Positions 1 to 9,437 are shown, numbered from the stretch's first letter. The stretch is 36,404 nt of DNA from a virus (IMGVR_UViG_2850756110_000006), one strand, 5' to 3'. Numbers and translations: made by a program. The notes: generated from the letters alone by a model not told the origin.

Positions 1-34
1 TTAATTTCGATTATTTTTCCCGTATGGAAAATTC

Positions 35-50
35 TTAGAAACCGATCACA
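35..50 (+). promoter_or_regulatory. Putative CRP site (TTAGA-N6-TCACA) centred about -42 of cyaR, with a TATCAT -10-like hexamer at 72-77
   Basis: Half-site TCACA with 6-bp spacer, positioned as a class II CRP promoter relative to the inferred cyaR start at 85; cyaR is known to be CRP-activated. Confidence 0.4.
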
Positions 51-84
51 TACAGCTGCATTTATTAAGGTTATCATCCGTTTC

Positions 85-171
85 GCTGAAAAACATAACC
101 CATAAAATGCTAGCTGTACCAGGAACCACCTCCTTAGCCTGTGTAATCTCCCTTACACGGGCTTATTTTTT
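85..171 (+). ncRNA. cyaR: CyaR (RyeE) Hfq-dependent sRNA; its 3' terminator region coincides with the prophage att core
   Basis: Sequence GCTGAAAAACATAACCCATAAAATGCTAGCTGTACCAGGAACCACCTCCTTAGCC... matches recalled CyaR including the CCTCCT anti-SD seed, ending in a hairpin plus T-run. Confidence 0.7.
145..171. repeat. P2 att core copy (27 bp), ogr-proximal prophage junction
   Basis: AATCTCCCTTACACGGGCTTATTTTTT is the reverse complement of the P2 att core; identical copy at 35901-35927. Confidence 0.85.
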
Positions 172-233
172 ACGTACAACAAATTGAAATAAAAGGATTT
201 ATTTCTGGTCACGTCCACACATTGACCACATCG

Positions 234-260
234 ACAAAAAAAGCCCCTCGACTGAGGGGC
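234..260 (-). terminator. Rho-independent terminator downstream of ogr
   Basis: Hairpin GCCCCTC-N4-GAGGGGC followed by a T7 run on the minus strand, 14 bp past the ogr stop. Confidence 0.7.
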
Positions 261-273
261 TTCCTGTTTCTAA

Positions 274-492
274 TTACATCCACATAATTTGCTGCCCTGA
301 CGGCAACGGGTGCGGCCTTACTGCGTGGACTTCTCCCGGCTTCACGATGTATCTCTGTACCGACTCATAAGTGATGAACGTGGCGCTGCAATTCACGTTC
401 TGACACTGGTGATAACGCTCTTTTGTCGTGTCAGTGATATAGCGACTTGTACGCGCATGTGCGGCATGCTGGCATAAAGGACAATGAAACAT
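274..492 (-). CDS. ogr: Late gene transcriptional activator Ogr (zinc finger, 72 aa)
   Basis: MFHCPLCQHAAHARTSRYITDTTKERYHQCQNVNCSATF... matches P2 Ogr; ATG at 492 with GGAAGAGG SD; track ORF is a 5' over-extension. Confidence 0.95.
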   Translation of the reverse strand: MFHCPLCQHAAHARTSRYITDTTKERYHQCQNVNCSATFITYESVQRYIVKPGEVHAVRPHPLPSGQQIMWM

Positions 493-572
493 CGCGAGCA
501 CCTCTTCCGGTTTTGTTGATGGTGCCATTTTAGTTAATTTACCCTTATAAAACAAACAGATAAAACAAAACA

Positions 573-1736
573 TCACTCATCATCTTCTGTTTCGTACTCC
601 ACATCAGAAAGCCTGACCTCAAGCTCTAAGGACGTCGTGAAGCCGCTATTATTCAGAAAATGTGTCACCTTAGTGATTGTCCAGTCCTGCTCGTCTATGA
701 CGCGCTTAAAGCCTGATACTTTGACCGGCGTTTCCGTGTAAATATCTGCCCGACCAGTAGCCAGACTGATGGAAAACTCCGCAACGCCCCGTTGCAGCTT
801 ATCCCACTTCGCCTGAGCGGCGCGCATGGCCTGCGCTTTCGTGGCATATACCGTGGTCAGGGCAAAAACGTTGTCAGCCTCACCTGCCATGTATTCACCT
901 TCGCGCGCTTCCGGTACTTTTGGCGTTTTCTTCTGCGTGACCGGTTTCGCTTTCGGGTGCTCCAGTGCGCGCAGGTGTTTCTCTTTCTTTTTGCGTTTCA
1001 GTTTTACCTTCTGCTTTTGTGGCTTCGGGTCTTTGGTGTGTAACCACTTTGCTGTTACGCCGGTATAGGCTCCACGGTCAGCAATCGCAAAATGATGGCG
1101 GTCGCCGTCGCTGCGGGTTATGGTGACCTGCGGGATTTTTTTACCACTGGCCGTCACCCCCTGCCCCGCTTTGAGAAACAACAGTTTTCCCATTTTTACC
1201 GAGACCTCACCGCCGTTGCGTTCTGCAAGACGGGTCAGGAATTTCGCATCAGACTCCTGCGACTGGTCGATGTGCGGGATTTTAATTCCGGCCAGTGACG
1301 GAGCGACACTGGCTTCCAGCCTGTTACGGGAGGCTATCGCCTCAACAATCGCACCGAGCGTGGTGTCATGCCAGGAGCCTTCACGGCGGGAATTGAGCGT
1401 CCCGCGGAAATCTGCACTCCGGGCGCGGATGGTGACCACATCCGGCGCGCCCCGGTGTTCAACCTCATCAACGGTGAATTTCCCTTTGCATACCAGGGCA
1501 AAACCTTTCCAGCCGATATACACCGTCAGGACAGCGCCACGAACCGGCAGCCCGACCTGCCCGTCGGCATCGTTCAGTTCAATATCAAGCTGGTCAGCCT
1601 CAAAGCCCCGGTTATCCGTCAGGGTCATGCTCATCAGACGGTCGCTGATATTGCCGGTAATATCCCTGCTGTCGAGCATCAGCATGTAATCCGGCGTCAG
1701 CGTACTACCTGCATCAAATGTCAGCGCGTCCAGCAT
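573..1736 (-). CDS. D: Tail protein D (387 aa)
   Basis: Length and sequence match P2 gpD; start overlaps U stop (TAATG). Confidence 0.95.
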   Translation of the reverse strand: MLDALTFDAGSTLTPDYMLMLDSRDITGNISDRLMSMTLTDNRGFEADQLDIELNDADGQVGLPVRGAVLTVYIGWKGFALVCKGKFTVDEVEHRGAPDVVTIRARSADFRGTLNSRREGSWHDTTLGAIVEAIASRNRLEASVAPSLAGIKIPHIDQSQESDAKFLTRLAERNGGEVSVKMGKLLFLKAGQGVTASGKKIPQVTITRSDGDRHHFAIADRGAYTGVTAKWLHTKDPKPQKQKVKLKRKKKEKHLRALEHPKAKPVTQKKTPKVPEAREGEYMAGEADNVFALTTVYATKAQAMRAAQAKWDKLQRGVAEFSISLATGRADIYTETPVKVSGFKRVIDEQDWTITKVTHFLNNSGFTTSLELEVRLSDVEYETEDDE

Positions 1737-2215
1737 TATCCCGCCCCCGTCATACCCGTGAATTTAGTCGCCATACTGCCAGCCTTACCGATGAGCGATT
1801 CCGCCTGTTTACCGATATCGCCATAAAGCGCGGCCAGTGATTCATCCACGCGGGTGAGCGACAACGTAAAATCAATTTTCCGGGGTGTGCCGTCTGCAAA
1901 GAAAATACTCCCTGTTTCACTCACCCTGCTGATGACATACATGCCGTAAATCATGCCGGTGCCATCCAGCAACGGCCACGCCCGGCCTTCCTCTGCCATC
2001 AGCCTGAGCGTGGTCATCGTCAGCTTCCCGCCGGTCAGTTCGGGATAAAGCACGCCGGCAAGCGTCATGTTTTCCTCACCCACACCGAGAAACTGAAAGG
2101 CATCCCGTTTACCGATACGGGGATTTGACGGCCAGCGATAATCTGATTCGCGCTGCATGGTCTGGTGTGGCAGCGTCTGGCGCATAAAAACAAACATACC
2201 TAACGCGAGCATCAT
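1736..2215 (-). CDS. U: Tail protein U (159 aa)
   Basis: Matches P2 gpU in sequence and length. Confidence 0.95.
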   Translation of the reverse strand: MMLALGMFVFMRQTLPHQTMQRESDYRWPSNPRIGKRDAFQFLGVGEENMTLAGVLYPELTGGKLTMTTLRLMAEEGRAWPLLDGTGMIYGMYVISRVSETGSIFFADGTPRKIDFTLSLTRVDESLAALYGDIGKQAESLIGKAGSMATKFTGMTGAG

Positions 2216-2229
2216 TTTTCGTCACCTCC

Positions 2230-4677
2230 TTAACCGTCATGCATCATGCTGGCACGGGCGCGCGCACGTTTATCCCGCTCGTATTTTTCGAGCGCATCCT
2301 GTAACTGGCGGTCAGGCTGTGTCCCCGGCGCAGTACCACCCGTCAGGCTGATGTGATATTCGTTTTTACTCTGGTCCACATAAGAGCGGCCAGCCGGTGC
2401 CGTAACCGGCTGATAAGCCTGATAGCCTGCATAAGAGCTGGTCGCCGGAATATAACCACCGGTGCCATACGTGGCGGCATTAGTCCTTGCGGCGGTCTGG
2501 TCAAGTGTGTCTGACTCTTTGTTAATAACACCGAGTTTTTCCAGTACCCAGTCAATACCACTGCGCAGTTTGTTGAACGCATTAAGCGGCAGCATCAACG
2601 CGTCAGCCAGTGCCTGCCCGAACATGACGCCCGTGTCACGGAAACGGTTCAGGGTGTCCTGTGTGGCTTTAACCGGGGCAATCAGGTTTTTAAACCACTG
2701 CCACGCGGCCTGTAACTTTTCGCCCAGCCAGTCAAACACCGGCTTAAGTGGCGTGAACAGTTCCCCCACCGGCGCAAATGCCGCTTTCAGCCCTTCCACC
2801 ACACCGCCAAAGAATGCGCTGACAGGCTCCCAGTATTTACGGATAAGCAACGCCCCGGCGACAATGGCGGCCACCACGGCCACAACCGGCCAGCTAATCG
2901 CTCCAATGGCGGTCATAACAGCACTGCCAACCGTCGTGAAGATTGCCCCCATTGCGCCTGCTGCCGCGATGATGGCATTGATGCCGGTGATAACCGGCCA
3001 GGCTACGAGGCCAATGGCGCCGATGACACCAATCATTGCCAGTGCACCACCGACAATGATGCCGATGGTTGACGCCAGTGATTTGTTTTTCTGGATCCAG
3101 CCGTCGAGTTTTAACACATACTTTGTGGCCGTCTGCGTGAGCTTACGCAGTGCGCCTTCCTGCTGGTCAAACAGGTCAGTCCCCACCGCCTCATAAGCGG
3201 ACTGAAACTCCTTAAAGTCACCGCCGAGGTTGTCCTGCATGATATTTACCAGCTCTGCGGTCTTTCCGTCTGAGGCTTTAAACGCAGCGGTCAGTTTGTC
3301 CAGCTTTCCGGTTGAGGCGGCAGTCATCAGCACGGCGGCGGCTGAACTGGCCTCCTCCCCGAAAATGGTTTTCATGTATTCAGCCTGCTGGGCAGTACCG
3401 AGCCGGTTTTTCTCAAAACTGGCCTGCATTTCTTTCAGAATGGTAAATACTGGTCGGGTGTTTCCCTTACTGTCTGAGGTTTTCACACCAAGCTCTTTGA
3501 GTGCATCCCATGCTTTTCCCGTCGGTGCCTGCAGGCGGCTTAACACGGCACGGCTTCCCGTTCCCGCCATTGAGCCTGTGATTTTTGCATCATGCAGCGC
3601 CCCGACCATTGCGGCGGTTTCTTCAATGCTGACACCGGCATTTTTTGCCACAGGTGCGGCATAGGTCAGCGCATCGCTCATGCCGTCAAAATCGGCGGCG
3701 GTTTTGTTCATCGTCATGGAGAGAACATCCCCGATATGAGCGACCTTATCGTTTGAAAGCTGAAAGGCGGATTTCATCCCCATCAGCAGGGCGGCGTTTT
3801 CTTCCATCGTGCGACGGTTCGCCAGCGCCATATTCAGCGTGACCGGCGTTGCCGCCTGAATGGCATCAACATCCCCACCGGCTTTCGCAATAATAATCTG
3901 CGCACCAGCTGCATCATCTGCCGAGGCTGCGGTATTGTCGCCGAGCTGACGCGCCTGCTTGCGTAGTGCAGCCATTTCGGCGGAGTCTTTTACCACTCCG
4001 AGCACGGCCTGCAATTCTGAGTTTTTCTGCGCAAACTCATAACCGGGCATCAGCAGCTTAACTCCGGCCATCGTTCCCGCCGCCGCAATCCCCACACCGG
4101 CAGCGCCCACCGAGGCCATATTTCCGGCCAGTTCCTTTCCGGCCTGATAACGCTGTTTTACTGCGTTAAGTTTTGCCTGTTGTGCACTGACACGCGCCAG
4201 CGCGTCGCGCTGACGGTTAAGCTGTGCGGTGGTTTCACTGATACGGTTTTTCAGTCCCTGCTCATCATGTGCAAGATTGCGGGTATTAATTCCCACAGCG
4301 GCCAGTTCCCGCTGCTGGCGTTTAACGGAATCTGTCAGGCGGTTATATTTCGCCTGTAAGTCCTCCGCCGCACGCTTTGCGGATTCCAGCACTTTCGCCT
4401 GAGCACGGGTCGGACGTTCGGTGTTTTTAAACTGTGTGGCAAGGGCTTCGGCCTCCTGCCGTGCCTTTTCAAGTGCATGACCAGTCACGGCGAGCTGTGC
4501 ACTGGTCTTGCGGAATCCCTCAATACGGGATGCCTGACCGTTCAGCTCGCGCAGTGATTTTTGTGTTTCCCGGATATCCCCCGACAGCGATTTGCTCGCT
4601 GTGCGGATGGATTTAAACGGGCGGGATGCCTGGTCAACAGCCCTGAGCAATACCTGTAATTTTACATTGTTACTCAT
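2230..4677 (-). CDS. T: Tail tape measure protein T (815 aa)
   Basis: 815 aa, hydrophobic Gly/Ala-rich central region, P2 gpT position and length; ATG overlaps E' stop. Confidence 0.95.
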   Translation of the reverse strand: MSNNVKLQVLLRAVDQASRPFKSIRTASKSLSGDIRETQKSLRELNGQASRIEGFRKTSAQLAVTGHALEKARQEAEALATQFKNTERPTRAQAKVLESAKRAAEDLQAKYNRLTDSVKRQQRELAAVGINTRNLAHDEQGLKNRISETTAQLNRQRDALARVSAQQAKLNAVKQRYQAGKELAGNMASVGAAGVGIAAAGTMAGVKLLMPGYEFAQKNSELQAVLGVVKDSAEMAALRKQARQLGDNTAASADDAAGAQIIIAKAGGDVDAIQAATPVTLNMALANRRTMEENAALLMGMKSAFQLSNDKVAHIGDVLSMTMNKTAADFDGMSDALTYAAPVAKNAGVSIEETAAMVGALHDAKITGSMAGTGSRAVLSRLQAPTGKAWDALKELGVKTSDSKGNTRPVFTILKEMQASFEKNRLGTAQQAEYMKTIFGEEASSAAAVLMTAASTGKLDKLTAAFKASDGKTAELVNIMQDNLGGDFKEFQSAYEAVGTDLFDQQEGALRKLTQTATKYVLKLDGWIQKNKSLASTIGIIVGGALAMIGVIGAIGLVAWPVITGINAIIAAAGAMGAIFTTVGSAVMTAIGAISWPVVAVVAAIVAGALLIRKYWEPVSAFFGGVVEGLKAAFAPVGELFTPLKPVFDWLGEKLQAAWQWFKNLIAPVKATQDTLNRFRDTGVMFGQALADALMLPLNAFNKLRSGIDWVLEKLGVINKESDTLDQTAARTNAATYGTGGYIPATSSYAGYQAYQPVTAPAGRSYVDQSKNEYHISLTGGTAPGTQPDRQLQDALEKYERDKRARARASMMHDG

Positions 4678-5097
4678 TCGTGTTTCCGCTTCGCCGGAGC
4701 GCCTTTTCGCGCCATGTGATGAGTTCGGTCAGGCTCATGGGATACAGTTCTGATGGCGGCCAGTGAAATATCACTGCCACATCCGCCATCAGGTCATCGA
4801 CCGAGAGATTTTTCGGAAACGTCACTGCACCGAGTTCGGCGACAAAAAACCGACCACCTTACCGGCCAGCGCCACAAGGTCAGGCAGTTCCAGCGCGGCG
4901 ACTTCCTGCTCGGTCAGCATCGGTGCCGTCATGCGCGGCAGCACCTTAATCAGTGCATCGACTTCAGAGTTCGCGACCGCAGCCAGACTGACACCGCGCA
5001 GCGTCCCGGCACTGGGTTTCATCAGCGTGACCTGTTCGATGACCTGCTCACCACGCTTGACCGGATTGTCCAGGGTAATCACATTTTCTTTGTTCAT
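4670..5097 (-). CDS. E+E': E+E' frameshift-extended tail chaperone (-1 frameshift at TTTTTTG, + coordinates 4843-4849)
   Basis: Hand translation of the -1 frame after the T6G heptamer gives VAELGAVTFPKNLSVDDLMADVAVIFHWPPSELYPMSLTELITWREKALRRSGNTNE, stop TAA at 4670-4672 overlapping the T start. Confidence 0.85.
4822..5097 (-). CDS. E: Tail assembly chaperone E (91 aa)
   Basis: Matches P2 gpE; ends ...GFLSPNSVQ. Confidence 0.95.
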   Translation of the reverse strand: MNKENVITLDNPVKRGEQVIEQVTLMKPSAGTLRGVSLAAVANSEVDALIKVLPRMTAPMLTEQEVAALELPDLVALAGKVVGFLSPNSVQ

Positions 5098-5154
5098 GGT
5101 TTTCTCACTTCTGAATCGGGGGTTAACCGGTCAGCCTGGCTGACCGGATGAAAA

Positions 5155-5673
5155 TCACAGGCCGATATTGCGGCGGTGTTGCTCCAGCCGGTCGACGCCG
5201 TTCACCTTCTCAATCATGTTGATGGTGTCGATTTCGACCAGCTCCTTACCGTCCATCGTCAGCCGGAAATAGGTGCAGACCACGGAGATTTTCGACTCGG
5301 TGTCTTCTCCCTGTTTACCCTCGCCGGTGTCGATTTCTTTCTGACGTCCACGCATGACCACCTCGACGGCCACCGTTTCGCCGGTATCGTCGCGCTGGTA
5401 AGAGCCTGCAAAACGAATCGGCACGGCATCCACACCGGTTGCGGCGTAAAGCTCCCAGATAACCGAATCCGGGAAGCCCCCGAGCGACCACTCCATTGAC
5501 AGCGCATCGTCATCAAGGCCGAGGTCTACCGGTGCGCTGCCGTTCATCCCCGCACCTCGATAGTTTTCGAGCTTACGGGTCAGTTTTGGCAGCGTGACGG
5601 ACTTTGCAACGCCCTGATAGCTGTAGCCGTTCAGAAAGACGTTCATTAACTTGAGTTTGCGCGGCATTGCCAT
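5155..5673 (-). CDS. FII: Tail tube protein FII (172 aa)
   Basis: Matches P2 gpFII in sequence and length. Confidence 0.95.
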   Translation of the reverse strand: MAMPRKLKLMNVFLNGYSYQGVAKSVTLPKLTRKLENYRGAGMNGSAPVDLGLDDDALSMEWSLGGFPDSVIWELYAATGVDAVPIRFAGSYQRDDTGETVAVEVVMRGRQKEIDTGEGKQGEDTESKISVVCTYFRLTMDGKELVEIDTINMIEKVNGVDRLEQHRRNIGL

Positions 5674-5685
5674 CGGTCAGGCTCC

Positions 5686-6876
5686 TTAATTGCTGTTAAC
5701 CGAGGTGACCAGATTTGCCAGGTATTTATCGGTGATACGCTGGCGCAGGGTCAGGTTTTCAAGAGGAGGCACCGGGGTATAGTCGTAGTCGATATACAGT
5801 TTTCCGGCCTTGAGGGTTTCCGCATCGTTGGATTCTTCGCTAAACCAGCAGGTCGCATCCACGATATAGCCGTTTGTTTTCAGCTCACGGAATTTGGCAT
5901 TGATGCCGTCAACGATGTCACGAATCAGCGTTGCGGTGATGGGCTTGTCCACCGCCCACATGTGCGCCTCAGCCATCGTGTCGGCCAGTACCTGTGCGGT
6001 GCGGGTGTAGTTTTCAAAGAGGAACAGCGGGTCATCAGAGCAGGTACGGTTACCCCAGAAGCGGAAACCGTCACGGCGAATCAGTGTTGTGACGCCTGAC
6101 TCGTTAAGCAGGTCAGCATCGGTGCCGGACTCCTGCAAATCCCAGAATACAGATGCGCTGATGCCGGTAACACCGTTCACCCCGACGTTGGACAGCGTTT
6201 TATGCCAGCCCTGCTCCTGGTCGATTTTGGCACGCAGACCCAGCGCACGGGCGGTAGCATACGCGGTGGCGGTGGTACTGGTGACCGTATCCCATGCGAG
6301 GAAATCCGGCCAGATGACCATCAGCTCACGCTGGCTGAAATTCTGGCGGTAAGCTTTCACCTCGGAAATGGTTTTACAGCCCCATGCGCTGATATACCCG
6401 AAAGCGCGCAACTTCTGACAGACTGATGCCAGTGCAACAGCCACCTCTTTGGTATCCAGTCCCGGTACGCCGAGAATACGCGGTTTAACACCGGTTACCG
6501 ACTCCGCCGCCAGCAGGGCTTTCAGTCCGGTGTACTGACCGTTTTCGTCGGTGGTGCCGATGATATTGGAAACGGTCTGCGCGAGTTTCGTTTCTTCGTC
6601 GTCGCCGGTGCCGTCTTCCACGCGCACAACAACGGTGACCGGTTTTGACTGGTCAGCGATGGCCTGCAACGATGCCGCCAGCGTGCCTTTTTTACCGGCC
6701 TTTGCAATTGCGCTCTGCACATTGGTAATCAGCACCGGTTTATTGAGGGGGAAGGTTTCCGCATCCGCATCGCTGGCCGTGCAGACCATGCCGACAATGG
6801 CGGTGGATACGGTTGAAATGACGCGGGTGCCGTCGTTAATCTCCAGCACCTGCACGCCGTGATGATAGTCACTCAT
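5686..6876 (-). CDS. FI: Tail sheath protein FI (396 aa)
   Basis: Matches P2 gpFI in sequence and length. Confidence 0.95.
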   Translation of the reverse strand: MSDYHHGVQVLEINDGTRVISTVSTAIVGMVCTASDADAETFPLNKPVLITNVQSAIAKAGKKGTLAASLQAIADQSKPVTVVVRVEDGTGDDEETKLAQTVSNIIGTTDENGQYTGLKALLAAESVTGVKPRILGVPGLDTKEVAVALASVCQKLRAFGYISAWGCKTISEVKAYRQNFSQRELMVIWPDFLAWDTVTSTTATAYATARALGLRAKIDQEQGWHKTLSNVGVNGVTGISASVFWDLQESGTDADLLNESGVTTLIRRDGFRFWGNRTCSDDPLFLFENYTRTAQVLADTMAEAHMWAVDKPITATLIRDIVDGINAKFRELKTNGYIVDATCWFSEESNDAETLKAGKLYIDYDYTPVPPLENLTLRQRITDKYLANLVTSVNSN

Positions 6877-6986
6877 CCGTTTAACTCCGTGGTTAATGGG
6901 TGCAACTATTTTCTGTTGTACAGAGCATGAGACGCTATTTGATCTGTCTGGTCAGTGGATGAAACAACAGATACAGAAAAGGCGGG
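6877..6986 (-). promoter_or_regulatory. Presumed late promoter region for the FI-FII-E-T-U-D operon (P_F), now abutting the IS2 end
   Basis: Position upstream of FI as in P2; no convincing Ogr-site consensus could be verified by eye. Confidence 0.3.
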
Positions 6987-6997
6987 TGGATTTGCCC

Positions 6998-7903
6998 CTA
7001 TATTTCCAGACATCTGTTATCACTTAACCCATTACAAGCCCGCTGCCGCAGATATTCCCGTGGCGAGCGATAACCCAGCGCACTATGCGGATGCCATTCG
7101 TTATAATGCTCGAACGCCTCTGCAAGGTTCTTTGCTGCCGTTAACCCGTCTGGTTTGGGCATGATACTGATGTAGTCACGCTTTATCGTTTTCACGAAGC
7201 TCTCTGCTATTCCGTTACTCTCCGGACTCCGCACCGCCGTGTTCTTCGGTTCAAGTCCCAACATCCGGGCGAACTGGCGTGTTTCATTAGCCCGGTAGCA
7301 TGAACCATTATCCGTCAGCCACTCCACTGGAGACGACGGAAGATCGTTGCCGAAGCGGCGTTCCACCGCTCCCAGCATGACGTCCTGTACTGTTTCACTG
7401 TTGAAGCCGCCGGTAGTCACCGCCCAGTGCAGTGCCTCACGATCACAGCAGTCCAGCGCGAACGTGACACGCAGTCTCTCTCCGTTATCACAGCAGAACT
7501 CGAACCCGTCAGAGCACCATCGCTGATTGCTTTCTTTCACGGCCACTCTGCCTGTATGTGCCCGTTTCGATGGCGGTACAGCAGGTTTTCGCTCAAGCAA
7601 CAGCGCATTCTGGCGCATGATCCGGTAAACACGTTTGGCATTGATCGCAGGCATACCATCAAGTTCTGCCTGTCTGCGAAGCAGCGCCCATACCCGACGA
7701 TAACCATACGTGGGCAGCTCTCCGATAACATGGTGTATACGGAGAAGCACATCCGTATCATCAGTGTGACGACTGCGGCGGCCATCCATCCAGTCATCGG
7801 TTCGTCTGAGAATGACGTGCAACTGCGCACGCGACACCCGGAGACAACGGCTGACTAAGCTTACTCCCCATCCCCGGGCAATAAGGGCGCGTGCGCTATC
7901 CAC
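6998..7903 (-). CDS. insD: IS2 transposase OrfB (InsD, 301 aa)
   Basis: [34 protein letters not shown]... matches IS2 InsD; integrase-like core. Confidence 0.9.
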
Positions 7904-8226
7904 TTTTTTGCCCGTCCATATTCAACGGCTTCTTTGAGGAGTTCATTTTCCATCGTTTTCTTGCCGAGCAGGCGCTGGAGTTCTTTAATCTGCTTCATGG
8001 CGGCAGCAAGTTCAGAGGCAGGAACAACCTGTTCTCCGGCGGCCACAGCAGTAAGACTTCCTTCCTGGTATTGCTTACGCCAGAGAAATAACTGGCTGGC
8101 TGCTACACCATGTTGCCGGGCAACGAGGGAGACCGTCATCCCCGGTTCAAAGCTCTGCTGAACAATTGCGATCTTTTCCTGTGTGGTACGCCGTCTGCGT
8201 TTCTCCGGCCCTAAGACATCAATCAT
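7861..8226 (-). CDS. insC: IS2 OrfA (InsC, 121 aa); an A6G slippery site at + coordinates 7904-7910 would fuse it to InsD
   Basis: [41 protein letters not shown]... matches IS2 InsC; CAAAAAAG on the minus strand just upstream of the insD ATG. Confidence 0.9.
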
Positions 8227-8399
8227 CTGTACTCCAATGACTAGTCTAAAAACTAGTATTAAGACTATCACTTATTTAAGTGATACTGGTTGTCTGGAGA
8301 TTCAGGGGGCCAGTCTAACGGGCAATTCGCCCGCCTGTCCTAGTTTGTACTCACTCATTTTCCGACTGACAATTTACATAGCCAAAACGCTATCAAATC

Positions 8400-8433
8400 T
8401 GACAGTCTGCTTTGAGCGAAAAGCAGACTGTCA
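8400..8433. repeat. Perfect palindrome (14-bp stem, 6-nt loop), motif copy A of a three-member family
   Basis: TGACAGTCTGCTTT-GAGCGA-AAAGCAGACTGTCA read directly; no adjacent T-run. Confidence 0.7.
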
Positions 8434-8548
8434 CGCGTTGAAGTTAATTGTATTACTTAGATAAACACTATCATTTTCCTGACGTTAAGTTGTATCTTTG
8501 ATAGGATTAAAAAACGTATAGATAGCTTATGCTACTGAGGGAATAAAA

Positions 8549-9358
8549 ATGACGAAAATTAGTGAACGATGGAAGCACAATGGCATTACTGAAGGTTATT
8601 GCAATATTTGTGGGAAATATGGCTTGCTCACAAAAGATCATGTTCCTCCAAAGTGCGCCATAACCTTAGGCCCTGTTTTGCAGAAAACAGTTAGCGAATT
8701 TTTTGGTATTCAGGAACCAGTTAAACCATTAAATGCTAAAAATGGCTCTTATTTCAGAACCATTTGCAGCCACTGTAACAATAAGGTATTAGGTGGGCTC
8801 GATGTTGCAATTGAAAATGTAACAAAGTCCTTTAAAGAACAGTTAAGTCGATATATGAATGGTATGAATGTATATCCATTCATTAGAATACCTTTTGATA
8901 GCATATCTTTCACTAAGGCTATGATTGGGCACGTGCTATCAGCAACTTCAGTTGAAGATTGTAAAAAAGAACCCGTAGATAGCCCCTTCTATACACCTTT
9001 AAAGGATTATGTTTTGGGTAAAAATTCAAGTTTTGAGGAAACTCATGATATTTACTACTGGTTTTACCCACACAGAATGCACATATCCGCTCAAAGTGTA
9101 GCATTTATGAACGAAGGACATGTGGCATTTATTTGTGCTTTACATTTTTTTCCTATCGGTTTTATTATCACAATGAAAAATGAAGGAACATACCCTGCCC
9201 ACTCTACAAAATTAGAACTTGAAGATAAATTCCTTACATTTAATATGACCTCTATAAATTATGAGTATACGACATTTCCATTTGTAAATCTTAAGGGAAA
9301 CCAAATGTATGCGATAAGCAACGGTCATACTTGTGTGAGTTATCCAATAATTAAGTGA
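8549..9358 (+). CDS. AT-rich accessory protein (269 aa) with N-terminal HNH/His-Me-finger-like motif (CxxC...DHVPP...CSHCNNK) and an unrecognised C-terminal domain
   Basis: Intact ORF with GAGGGA SD 7 nt before the ATG; C18-x2-C21, D30-H31, C-x2-C-N-N-K spacing resembles HNH nucleases; base composition far more AT-rich than flanking phage genes. Confidence 0.75.
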   Translation: MTKISERWKHNGITEGYCNICGKYGLLTKDHVPPKCAITLGPVLQKTVSEFFGIQEPVKPLNAKNGSYFRTICSHCNNKVLGGLDVAIENVTKSFKEQLSRYMNGMNVYPFIRIPFDSISFTKAMIGHVLSATSVEDCKKEPVDSPFYTPLKDYVLGKNSSFEETHDIYYWFYPHRMHISAQSVAFMNEGHVAFICALHFFPIGFIITMKNEGTYPAHSTKLELEDKFLTFNMTSINYEYTTFPFVNLKGNQMYAISNGHTCVSYPIIK

Positions 9359-9412
9359 CGGCTAAATCATACAATCTACGCATGTTCACTTTCTACATAT
9401 ACCATCTATAAT

Positions 9413-9437
9413 GTCCGCTGTTGGCACAAAGCAGACG
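9413..9437. repeat. Imperfect palindrome, motif copy B, between the convergent 269-aa and 425-aa genes
   Basis: GTCCGCTGTT-GGCAC-AAAGCAGACG, related to copies A and C. Confidence 0.55.

Larger units (their letters stand above)
6987..8317 (-). mobile_element. IS2: IS2 insertion sequence (1331 bp), transposase reading on the minus strand toward FI
   Basis: Termini TGGATTTGCCCCTATATTTCCAGACATCTGTTATCACTTAA (6987-) and ...GGAGATTCAGGGGGCCAGTCTA (-8317) match recalled IS2 inverted repeats; flanks GCGGG/ACGGG look like an imperfect 5-bp target duplication. Confidence 0.9.

Noticed and set aside
6877-6986. Specific Ogr-binding dyad (TGT-N12-ACA) upstream of FI, and likewise in the O/P intergenic region
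   Set aside because: No unambiguous match at the expected spacing could be found by eye; only the regions are annotated, at low confidence.
8183-8464. 93-aa plus-strand ORF across the IS2 end and palindrome A
   Set aside because: It crosses the IS2 terminus into flanking DNA and contains the palindrome; chance ORF.
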